A DNA stretch of 64,000 bases from Candidatus Heimdallarchaeum endolithica (GTDB taxonomy: Archaea > Asgardarchaeota > Heimdallarchaeia > Heimdallarchaeales > Heimdallarchaeaceae), in NCBI GenBank assembly GCA_021513715.1, contig CP084167.1, forward strand, positions 386,124 to 450,123, written 5' to 3'. The notes under the pieces were generated by a model that worked only from the letters and a program-made list of their open reading frames with translations, searched no databases and was not told where the DNA came from. Shown piece by piece: positions 30,319 through 39,072 of the stretch; position 1 is the stretch's first letter, and every line of letters starts with the position of its first letter. Made by a program: the position numbers and the translations under genes.

Positions 30319-32082
30319 ATGAACTGGAAATTTATTAGTGATAACCTATTAACTAGGTGGAGTAAGATTGTAAATCCGAAAAAACCTCTACCAGAGAATC
30401 CTCGTCCCAATTTTCAAAGAAAAAAATGGATTAACCTTAATGGGTTATGGGATTTTGCAATAACAAAAAGAAATGATTACAGTAATTTTATAGAAAAAGG
30501 TGAAATCCTTGTTCCTTTTCCTATAGAATCTGCTTTGTCTGGAGTAAGACGTTTATTAAAACCTGATGAAAATTTAATCTATGTTAGAGATTTTGAGATA
30601 TCTTCATCTTGGACAAATGGAAAAGTAATATTACACTTTGGCGCGGTTGATTGGCAAGCAAGGGTATTTGTTAATTCAAACTATATTGGAAGCCATAAAG
30701 GAGGATATACTCCTTTTAGTTTTGATATATCAAAATATGTTCTTTTCGATGAATCGAACACTCTAGAAGTGCATGTTTTTGATCCTACAAATAAGGGGAG
30801 ACAAGAAAGAGGAAAACAAGTATTAAAACCATGGGCAGTATTCTATACTGCTGTTTCAGGTATTTGGCAAACTGTTTGGTTAGAATGTGTTCCTGAAGTA
30901 CATGTAGAAAGTATTACCATAACTCCTAAAGTAGATACAAGTTCAGTAATTATTTCTAATTTCTGTTCTAGTGCTAATGTAAAAGATTTTGAAATCTGTT
31001 ATTCTATATTCTACAAAGGAAAGAAAATTGAAGAAAGAAAAAGTAAGATCAATTCTTCAGAGATAATTAAATTATCAAATGCTTACCTATGGTCTCCTAA
31101 AGAGCCAAATATTTATGATTTAGAAATAGAATTAATTAAGGAAAATGAAACTATTGATAAGGTTACTAGTTACTTTGGACTAAGAAAAATAGAGTACAAA
31201 AAAGATGAAAATGGATACTTTAGATTTTATCTCAATAATGAGAAAATATTCTTGTTTGGTGTTTTAGATCAAGGTTATTGGCCTGACGGTTTATACACTG
31301 CTCCAACAGATGAAGCACTTTTATTTGATATTAAAAAAGCAAAGGAATTAGGTTTTAATACTATAAGAAAACACATCAAAGTTGAACCTCTCAGATGGTA
31401 TTATCACTGTGATAGAGAGGGAATGTTAGTTTGGCAAGATTTTCCCAATGGAGGAAGTACATGGGCTGGGATTTTGAGTATGTTCATAGGTAAAAAAATA
31501 AACTTCAAATTTGGTAGGAAAAAAGAATCGATTAAATCTCAGTTTTATAAAGAAATAACTAGTATTGTAAGGACACTCTATAATTTTCCATCAATAATTG
31601 TTTGGGTTCCCTTTAACGAAGGTTGGGGCCAATTTGAAACACGAAAAGTGACGGATTATGTACGAACTTTAGATTTTACAAGATTAATTGATAGTGCTAG
31701 TGGATGGGTAGACAAAGGGTGTGGAGATATTGCTGATGTTCATAAATATTTAGGTCCAAGTATTCCTAAAAATGACAAAGAGAGAGTTTTAACTCTTGGT
31801 GAATTTGGTGGTTTAGGGCTCGTTGTTGAAGATCATATTTGGAAAAACGTTAAGCCATGGGCATACAAAATTATGAAAGACAAGGATGATTTCTTGAAAA
31901 AATATGAAGAAATCATTGACAATACATTCGAGTTGGCAAAAAAAGGTTTAAGTACCGCAATATATACTCAAATCACTGATGTAGAGAAAGAAGTAAATGG
32001 TTTACTTACTTACGATAGATTATCAAAACTTGAGATAGAAAAATTGAGAAAAATTAATGAAAAACTTTCCAATCTTTATTGA
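30319..32082 (+). CDS. Glycoside hydrolase family 2-like enzyme (beta-galactosidase/beta-mannosidase/beta-glucuronidase superfamily)
   Basis: N-terminal GH2 sugar-binding beta-sandwich (VFVNSNYIGSHKGGYTPFSFDISKYV). Central TIM-barrel region with NEGWGQFE acid/base-like NE motif. Family call is from motif memory. Confidence 0.55.
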   Translation: MNWKFISDNLLTRWSKIVNPKKPLPENPRPNFQRKKWINLNGLWDFAITKRNDYSNFIEKGEILVPFPIESALSGVRRLLKPDENLIYVRDFEISSSWTNGKVILHFGAVDWQARVFVNSNYIGSHKGGYTPFSFDISKYVLFDESNTLEVHVFDPTNKGRQERGKQVLKPWAVFYTAVSGIWQTVWLECVPEVHVESITITPKVDTSSVIISNFCSSANVKDFEICYSIFYKGKKIEERKSKINSSEIIKLSNAYLWSPKEPNIYDLEIELIKENETIDKVTSYFGLRKIEYKKDENGYFRFYLNNEKIFLFGVLDQGYWPDGLYTAPTDEALLFDIKKAKELGFNTIRKHIKVEPLRWYYHCDREGMLVWQDFPNGGSTWAGILSMFIGKKINFKFGRKKESIKSQFYKEITSIVRTLYNFPSIIVWVPFNEGWGQFETRKVTDYVRTLDFTRLIDSASGWVDKGCGDIADVHKYLGPSIPKNDKERVLTLGEFGGLGLVVEDHIWKNVKPWAYKIMKDKDDFLKKYEEIIDNTFELAKKGLSTAIYTQITDVEKEVNGLLTYDRLSKLEIEKLRKINEKLSNLY

Positions 32083-32092
32083 TTCATCTGTT

Positions 32093-32620
32093 TTCTTTTA
32101 TATTTTTTCATTTGCAAATAGTAAAGGAATAACAGCTATTAAAGTCAAGTATGCTAGCGAAAAGAAATCATTAATGAAGAGCATATAAACTGTTAACCAA
32201 ATTTACAAATAGAGATTTCTTTCCTTGTAACTTAAGAAATGTATTACATTACCATAGCAAACATTATTCCTCTCAAAAAAATCCTAAAAACATTGAATTT
32301 TATGATAGTACAAAGAAAATTAATAAAAAAGACTCAATAAAAACTGAAATTAAGGTTATTTTTTTTCTCTCTACTTTTCTGCAAAAAACTACACAAATAG
32401 TAATAATATTAACGAAACGATAGTGATTTTAAATAAAAAACATCTTATGATTACATTGAAAAGTAAAGAAAAAAATAATAAAACACAAAAATTCAAAATC
32501 TGCAAAAAAGAACAAGGTTTTTTATGTGCTCACATTTTTCGAGCAAAAATTTTATATCCAACTAGAAATTATGTATGTAAAAGAAATTAATATTATTAAA
32601 TATAAGTTTATAAAAAGGGT
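32093..32620 (-). pseudogene. Decayed MFS-transporter pseudogene (paralog of the 39073..40344 gene)
   Basis: 32103-32143 is about 90% identical at DNA level to 39102-39141. Reverse-strand translation gives ...LTLIAVIPLLFANEKI*, against LTAIIPLLFANEKNRRRQMKQ* in the intact MFS. Further upstream, LRGIMFAMVM* matches SGVGMMFAMAMW. The rest of the region has lost its reading frame. Confidence 0.45.
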
Positions 32621-32625
32621 GTTAA

Positions 32626-35600
32626 ATGAAAAAGAATAATTTTATTCATTCATTACTTCTATTAATTATAATTGCTGGTATTTTATTTTCATCTATTTTG
32701 TTAGGTTTAAAGTTTAGCTATTATTGTGATAATCAAACTAAACAAAATTTACAGACAAATAATTCTCTCAACTATTTAAATTTAAATACTGAAAACGAGT
32801 ATGTACTAGAAGAAACTGAAAATAATACTTTAGCTACTTTGTTTAGATTTGCGGTACAAAAGCCTTCAACCTTTTGGAATTTTAGTACTGGTGGAGCAGT
32901 GAGGTCTTCTCCTGCTATAGGTGACATTGATGGTGATGGAAAACTTGAAGTTGTTTTTGGTAGTGATGATTACAAACTATATGCACTAAATGCAGAATAT
33001 GGTCAGCTTTTGTGGTCATTTTCAACTGGTTTCAAGATCCATTCTTCTCCTGCTTTGGGAGATCTAAATGGAGATGGAAAATTAGATGTTGTTGTAGCTA
33101 GTGAAGATTTTGTGGTTTATGCTATTAATGGTGAAAATGGTTCATTAATCTGGAGTTATACTACAGGAGGAACCATTTACTCTTCTCCCGCTTTAGGTGA
33201 TATTGATGGAGATTCCAATTTGGAAGTAGTGATAGGAAGTCTTGATGGAAAAATTTATGCTTTTAACGGTGAGGATGGCTCTTTTCTCTGGAGTTATACA
33301 ACTGGAGGTCAAGCAGGACATTCTTCTCCTGCTTTGGGAGATCTAAATGGAGATGGAAAATTAGAAGTAATAGCATGTTCTGATGATGACAAAGTATATG
33401 CTCTATTTGGAGAAAACGGTTCTTTGTACTGGAGCTATTCAACAGGGGGAAATGTTAGATCTTCTCCCGCTTTAGGGGATCTAAATGGAGATGGAAAATT
33501 AGAGATTATTGCAGCAAGTTATGATGACTACATTTACGTAATAAGAAATAATGGTTCATTGTTATATTCATTTTACTGCTATTCTGTTTATTCTTCTCCC
33601 GCTTTAGGAGACATAGATGTAGATGGAAGAATTGAGATAGTAGTAGGAAGTCGTGATGATAAAATTTATGCTTTTAACGGTGAGGATGGCTCTTTACTCT
33701 GGAGTTATACAACTGGTAATGACGTACTTTCATCTCCTAGCTTAGCAGACATAAATGAAGATAATAAACTAGATGTAATTGTTGGAAGTTATGACGGTTT
33801 CCTATATGGATTATACGGTTCTAATGGAACGAAAATGTGGACAGATTATGTGTTTAATGAGATCCATAGTTCACCTTTAGTTGAAGACATAAATAACGAT
33901 GGTGAAATAGAAGTAGTTTTTGGAGGCTATAGTAACATCATGTATGCCATAAAACTAGAAGTAACGAGTCACAGAATTTATTGGTCAGGTCTAAGTGCGG
34001 ATAACTCTTTTACACGTACAAAAAACATGATTGATACCGATGCGGATTTAGATTATTTATCAGAGGATTATGAAGAATTTTTGTCAACTAATCCCAACTC
34101 TAACGATACTGATGGAGATGGATTAACAGACTTAGATGAAATTTTTATTGTTGGTACAAATGCAACTAACAGTGATACTGATAATGATGGAATAAATGAT
34201 AATGATGATGATAATGACGAAGATGGATTAACAAATGGTGAAGAAATTAATATTTTCTTTAGTGACCCAAATAACAATGATACAGATGGAGATGGATTAA
34301 CTGATGGAGATGAAGCTTCAACTTATAACACTAATCTTTTTAAAGAAGATACAGATGGGGATGGATTAACAGACTGGGAAGAAGTTACCATATCAAACAC
34401 AGACCCTAATGACAGTGATACTGATAATGATGGAATAAATGATTATGATGATGATAATGATGCTGATAATTTAACAAATGGTGAAGAAATTGATATTTAC
34501 TTTAGTGACCCAAATAACAATGATACAGATAGCGATACTTTATTAGACGGAGATGAAGTATTTACCTACAACACTAATCCTAGCAGTAATGATACAGATA
34601 GCGATACTTTATTAGACGGAGATGAAGTATTTACCTATAACACTAATCCTAGCAGTAATGATACAGATAGTGATAAACTTCTAGATCAATATGAAATATT
34701 TACTTATAGTACAGACCCTAATGATCCTGACTCAGATGATGATGGGTTAAGTGACGGTGAAGAAGTTTTTCTGTCAAAGACAGACCCTAATGACAGTGAT
34801 ACTGATAAAGACAGTTTAAATGATTATGATGATGATAACGACGAAGATGGATTAACAAATGGTGAAGAAATAAAAAACTATGGTACTGATCCTAACTCCT
34901 CTGATACAGATAATGATGGTCTTACTGACCCACAAGAAATATTTTTATATTCCACTGATCCAACTAATAATGATACAGACAGTGATTGGTTGCTTGACTA
35001 TGATGAGATTTATACATACAATACTGATCCTTTAGACCCTGATACTGACGATGATGGTATGCCTGATGGTTGGGAAGTAACCTATAATCTTGATCCTTTG
35101 ACTGCAAATAGCGATAAAGATATTGATAGTGATGGTTTAACCAATCTTCAAGAGTATCAACATAATACTAACCCCAGAGACTCTGATACTGACGATGATG
35201 GAATACCTGATGGTTGGGAAGTAACCTATAATCTTGATCCAATAATTGATGATGCCAATAATGACACTGATTCCGATGGTTTGTCAAACTTACAAGAATA
35301 CCAGAATAACACTAACCCTAACGATTCTGATACTGATGATGATGGTATAACAGATGGTGAAGAAATTTTAACTTATGGAACAGACCCTAATAAGACCGAT
35401 ACTGATAGCGATGGGTTAACTGATATTAAAGAAGTTTTAACATATTACACAGATCCTAATAATAACGATACTGATGGGGATAATTTGCGAGATGGAGATG
35501 AGGTATATTCCTATAGTACTGATCCTCACAATAATGACACTGATGACGATGAACTTTTAGATGGAGATGAGGTACATACCTACGATACAAACCCTAAAGA

Positions 35601-37644
35601 TTTTGATACTGATGACGATATTATTTCTGACGGTCAAGAAGTAAAGCTTTATGGCACAAATCCCAATAGCGCTGATACTGATGGGGATGGTTTAGGTGAT
35701 TATTCTGAAATTTTTACCTATGGAACAGATCCTAATAATAACGATACTGATGGGGATGGTATGTCAGATGGAGAAGAGATAGCAGAAGGTTTTGATCCGA
35801 TTAATCCTAAATCAAACCTGAAGAGAAAGAAGAGAATAAGAAATAGTCTTATCGGGGGTTCTGTTGTAATAGTTTTCTTTTCTTTGGTTTTCTGGGATGA
35901 TATAGAGAAAGCTCTAAAAAGACTTTCATTTTCTAAAAAGAAACAAAAGAAAAAAAGAAAAAGTGAAAATACAATTTGGAAAACTCAAGGTTTTTCTTCT
36001 AAAAAAGAATGGAAATCTGCAACGAAACTTGGCTTTGAAAATGGTAACGAATGGCGTGAATTTTCAAAATCAGGTTTTAGCAACAAACAAGAATGGATCG
36101 CTGCAAGGAATGTTGGTTTTACAACTAAATCAGAATATCAAAAAGCGAAAAAGTTTGGCTTTGAAAATGGTAACAAATGGCGTGAATTTTCAAAATCAGG
36201 TTTTAGCAACAAACAAGAATGGATCGCTGCAAGGAATGTTGGTTTTACAACTGAATCAGAATATTCAAAAGCATTAAAGAAAGGTTTCGATACTAAAGAG
36301 AAATGGGACTTTTTCCTAAAAAGTGGTTTCTCTTCTAAAAAAGAATTTGACGAAGCTTTTGCTCGTGGTTTTCCTACTAAAAAAGAATATGACAAGGCAA
36401 AATCCAAAGGTTTTACTGAAGGGGAACGCTGGAAGAAATTCTTACAGAGCGGATTTAATGATAAATATGAATGGGAAAAGGCTAATTCTCTAGGTTTCAC
36501 TACCAAAAAAGAATATGATGAAGCTGTAGCTAAAGGCTTTTCAACAAAGAAAGAGTATGATGAAGCTGTAGCTAAAGGCTTTTCAACAAAGAAAGAATAT
36601 GAAGAAGCTAAAGAATTAGATTTTGAAACAAAAGACGAACTTAGAAGATTCTTGAATAGTGGTTTTAATAAAAAGGATGAATGGTTGTTAGCTGAAATAG
36701 CAGGATTCCATGATAAAAAAGATTATGATGAAGCTAAGGCAAAAGGTTTTGATACAAAAAATGAATGGATTAATTTCTTAAAAAGTGGATTTAATACTAA
36801 AAAAGAATGGGAAGAAGCTATTTCTAGAGGTTTTTCAACAAAAGAAGAGTTTAAACTAGCTGAAAAGAGAGGATTTGCCACTAAACAAGAATTATTGGAT
36901 GCCGAATCCCGTGGATTTGGTACAAAAACAGAACTAGAAAAAGCTAAAGCTAAAGGATTTAATACAAAAGATGAGTGGGACGCATTTAAAGCGAGTGGAT
37001 TTAATACAAAGAAAGAATGGGAAGAAGCACAAAAATATAATATAAAAACAAAACAAGAATTGCAAAATATTGTTCCTTTGTTGGTTAAAACTATTAATGT
37101 TTTAAAAGAAAAAATAGATACATTGTTTAGTGATATGAAAAAAAATACGCTGAATATTCAAGAAACCGAAGAAAAAATAGAAAAAATGAGTGAATTGGAA
37201 AATAAAGTCGTTGAATTAAAAGAAAAAATCAAATATTACGAACAATTAAAAAATGTATTTCCGCAAATTGATAAAAAAGGACATGGAATTGAAAATCCAT
37301 TTTCGCCTTCGACAATAACAAAATTAGATATTATGCTAAGTAGATTAGATGATGAAAAAAAACAGTTATCTCTTTCACTAAGACGATTAAAGAAACTAGA
37401 AGCTATTATACAGACTTATGAACTAATTTCATTGTCTAAACTTACAAAATTGCTGGAATTTGAAGAAGAACTAGCACTAGAACAATGGATTCTATCTCTT
37501 GGATCACCAATAATTAAAATTAGAGGAGATAAAATTTATATTAACCTTGAATCTCGCGAATCTGGAGAAAAAATCGATGATGCAATAGATTTACTTTTAC
37601 GAAGTTTCCAAGAATATGAGCGTTCTGGCTTTGGAAAGAAGTAG
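32626..37644 (+). CDS. Giant single-pass transmembrane protein (1672 aa) with three repeat regions and a coiled coil
   Basis: Signal/TM segment at residues 9-30. Extracellular N-terminal eight-blade FG-GAP/PQQ-like calcium-binding beta-propeller. Extracellular thrombospondin-type-3-like calcium-binding repeat region. TM helix (IGGSVVIVFFSLVFW, about 35851-35900). Cytoplasmic array of 26 x 14-aa repeats. C-terminal coiled coil. TAG stop at 37642-37644. Confidence 0.8.
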   Translation: MKKNNFIHSLLLLIIIAGILFSSILLGLKFSYYCDNQTKQNLQTNNSLNYLNLNTENEYVLEETENNTLATLFRFAVQKPSTFWNFSTGGAVRSSPAIGDIDGDGKLEVVFGSDDYKLYALNAEYGQLLWSFSTGFKIHSSPALGDLNGDGKLDVVVASEDFVVYAINGENGSLIWSYTTGGTIYSSPALGDIDGDSNLEVVIGSLDGKIYAFNGEDGSFLWSYTTGGQAGHSSPALGDLNGDGKLEVIACSDDDKVYALFGENGSLYWSYSTGGNVRSSPALGDLNGDGKLEIIAASYDDYIYVIRNNGSLLYSFYCYSVYSSPALGDIDVDGRIEIVVGSRDDKIYAFNGEDGSLLWSYTTGNDVLSSPSLADINEDNKLDVIVGSYDGFLYGLYGSNGTKMWTDYVFNEIHSSPLVEDINNDGEIEVVFGGYSNIMYAIKLEVTSHRIYWSGLSADNSFTRTKNMIDTDADLDYLSEDYEEFLSTNPNSNDTDGDGLTDLDEIFIVGTNATNSDTDNDGINDNDDDNDEDGLTNGEEINIFFSDPNNNDTDGDGLTDGDEASTYNTNLFKEDTDGDGLTDWEEVTISNTDPNDSDTDNDGINDYDDDNDADNLTNGEEIDIYFSDPNNNDTDSDTLLDGDEVFTYNTNPSSNDTDSDTLLDGDEVFTYNTNPSSNDTDSDKLLDQYEIFTYSTDPNDPDSDDDGLSDGEEVFLSKTDPNDSDTDKDSLNDYDDDNDEDGLTNGEEIKNYGTDPNSSDTDNDGLTDPQEIFLYSTDPTNNDTDSDWLLDYDEIYTYNTDPLDPDTDDDGMPDGWEVTYNLDPLTANSDKDIDSDGLTNLQEYQHNTNPRDSDTDDDGIPDGWEVTYNLDPIIDDANNDTDSDGLSNLQEYQNNTNPNDSDTDDDGITDGEEILTYGTDPNKTDTDSDGLTDIKEVLTYYTDPNNNDTDGDNLRDGDEVYSYSTDPHNNDTDDDELLDGDEVHTYDTNPKDFDTDDDIISDGQEVKLYGTNPNSADTDGDGLGDYSEIFTYGTDPNNNDTDGDGMSDGEEIAEGFDPINPKSNLKRKKRIRNSLIGGSVVIVFFSLVFWDDIEKALKRLSFSKKKQKKKRKSENTIWKTQGFSSKKEWKSATKLGFENGNEWREFSKSGFSNKQEWIAARNVGFTTKSEYQKAKKFGFENGNKWREFSKSGFSNKQEWIAARNVGFTTESEYSKALKKGFDTKEKWDFFLKSGFSSKKEFDEAFARGFPTKKEYDKAKSKGFTEGERWKKFLQSGFNDKYEWEKANSLGFTTKKEYDEAVAKGFSTKKEYDEAVAKGFSTKKEYEEAKELDFETKDELRRFLNSGFNKKDEWLLAEIAGFHDKKDYDEAKAKGFDTKNEWINFLKSGFNTKKEWEEAISRGFSTKEEFKLAEKRGFATKQELLDAESRGFGTKTELEKAKAKGFNTKDEWDAFKASGFNTKKEWEEAQKYNIKTKQELQNIVPLLVKTINVLKEKIDTLFSDMKKNTLNIQETEEKIEKMSELENKVVELKEKIKYYEQLKNVFPQIDKKGHGIENPFSPSTITKLDIMLSRLDDEKKQLSLSLRRLKKLEAIIQTYELISLSKLTKLLEFEEELALEQWILSLGSPIIKIRGDKIYINLESRESGEKIDDAIDLLLRSFQEYERSGFGKK
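32860..33960 (+). repeat. Eight tandem units of about 47 aa (141 nt) encoding beta-propeller blades with DxNxDGxxE calcium-binding loops, FG-GAP/PQQ-like
   Basis: Repeated unit SSPALGDLNGDGKLEVV.GS.D.K.YA.NGE.GSLLWSY.TG, read directly from the translation. Confidence 0.7.
34098..35790 (+). repeat. More than 30 thrombospondin-type-3-like calcium-binding repeats (DTDGDGLTD..E / NPNDSDTDDDG); includes an exact 60-nt tandem duplication
   Basis: Motif DxDxDGxxDxxE recurs every 12-23 residues. The 34519-34578 block (encoding SDTLLDGDEVFTYNTNPSSNDTD) is repeated exactly at 34579-34638. Confidence 0.7.
35989..37080 (+). repeat. 26 perfect tandem copies of a 42-nt / 14-aa unit, consensus GF-x-TK-x-E-[WYF]-x-x-A-x-x-x, in the cytoplasmic tail of the giant protein
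   Basis: GFSSKKEWKSATKL / GFENGNEWREFSKS / GFSNKQEWIAARNV ... GFNTKKEWEEAQKY, with no indels. The 126-nt block 36028-36126 is repeated almost exactly at 36154-36252 (one nucleotide change). 36493-36534 and 36535-36576 are also near-identical. Shadow ORFs on both strands (35963..36277, 36138..36506) are artefacts of the repeat. Confidence 0.8.
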
Positions 37645-37676
37645 AATTAGAAAAAAATTTCCTTTTTTATTTTTTA

Positions 37677-38682
37677 AGCATGTCCAAAAATTAATTTTTT
37701 TTAATGTGGGGGTTTATGTCGGAATTATAACACATTTCCAGATCATAGACCCCCACAAAGTAAGAGAATTCATAATCATTAATGAACCTTTCCTTAAGAA
37801 ACTGGTGGATGAGAAAACGAGAGAAAGCAAGAAAGGAAGAAAAAGAATAGCAGAAGGATGGGTAATATTAGCAATAGGAATCATTGCTAGAATAGAAGGG
37901 ATAGCTTGGAGGAAGTTAGAGGAAAAGTTGTCTTTATGCGATTTTTTGATAGAAGAGGGGTGGATGAGGAAGATTCCTTCTAAATCTACTTTTCATGCAG
38001 TGTGGAGAGCGACAGAAAGTAAAATCTTAGAGCAGTGGATAATAGATTTAGGGGGAGAAATAGTGAGAAAAAAAGGGTTGAAAGCTATGGCAGTGGATAG
38101 TTCAGGGTTTAAAATTCGTCAGGCTTCTGTTTGGCGTTTTCTCAAATGGTCAAGAGGGACACTAAAGAAAACCTCCAAACTAAACTTTTCTGGAAGATAC
38201 ACCTTATAGTTGGTTTACCCTCTCGAGCTATAGTCTCTCTCGCTCATTCTGCTAGTATCACTCACGATAGTAAAGTCTTCGGTTTCTCTGGCAGAAACTT
38301 CCTTCTGCACTCTTGAGACCTTTCTTGCGATTCTATGGTGACTGTGCTTACTGGACAGAAAATATCGTCGGTCTTCTTAGCCAACATTCCTTTTTCCCTG
38401 TTATTCCCCCAAAAAGTAATGTTCGTTATCCCTCTCCTCCTCCCCTCGGACCAATAGTTCAAGCTCATCGTCTCTACCCTGGTCTCTATCGTCGTAATCA
38501 TCACCCCGAGTATCGTAGTAGTATTGAACACGTCTTTGGTCTTCTCAAACTCTCTCTTCCCCCCATCCTTGATCGCTTACCCTCCACCATCCTCTCTACC
38601 TTGTACAGTTCTCTCCTCTGTTACAACTACCTTTTACTCCTTCGGACCGTTTAGTATGTGAAAAAGAATTTTTGGACATGCT
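37677..38682. mobile_element. Insertion sequence (about 1006 bp) with perfect 16-bp terminal inverted repeats AGCATGTCCAAAAATT and a frameshifted IS4/IS5-type DDE transposase; candidate 7-bp target duplication TTTTTTA
   Basis: Inverted repeats at 37677-37692 and 38667-38682 (reverse complement identical). Flanks 37670-37676 and 38683-38689 are both ttttta-type (tttttta). Internal ORFs 37705..38209, 38131..38316 and 38313..38654 lie in three different frames. They carry AVDSSGF (first D), GDCAY (second D) and RSSIEHVFGLLK (the E of the DDE triad, the RxxxE...FGxLK motif). GC content is markedly higher than the host DNA. Confidence 0.65.
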
Positions 38683-39072
38683 TTTTTTATTATCAGAAGG
38701 TCATTGATTCAATTTTTTCTAGCGCAGATCAAAAAGAGAGATTTTTATTTTGTAATAATTCCTTTTATTGTTACAAATAACTGGAAAATCATTTATAACA
38801 ACATCAATCCAATTCAACAAGGAAATTGATCAAAAAGCACTATTATCTGAGTATTCTCATTCCAATTCACAAAGAGAAAAAATAGAAAAACTCAATAAAT
38901 TGTGGTTTATACTACTTCAAAAAACGACAATTGTATTTTTGAAGAAAAAAGTGAAATTCTTGTCCCATTTCATATGAATATGATTTATAAGCAATAAAAT
39001 ATACAATAAATCCTTATGAGACACGAAAAGTTAACCAGAAAAATTGAGAAAAAAATGAAAATTGTCTGTTCT

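Noticed and set aside
38768-38977. 69-aa ORF between the IS and the MFS gene
   Set aside because: No recognisable features. It lies in a spacer next to a mobile element and is likely spurious.
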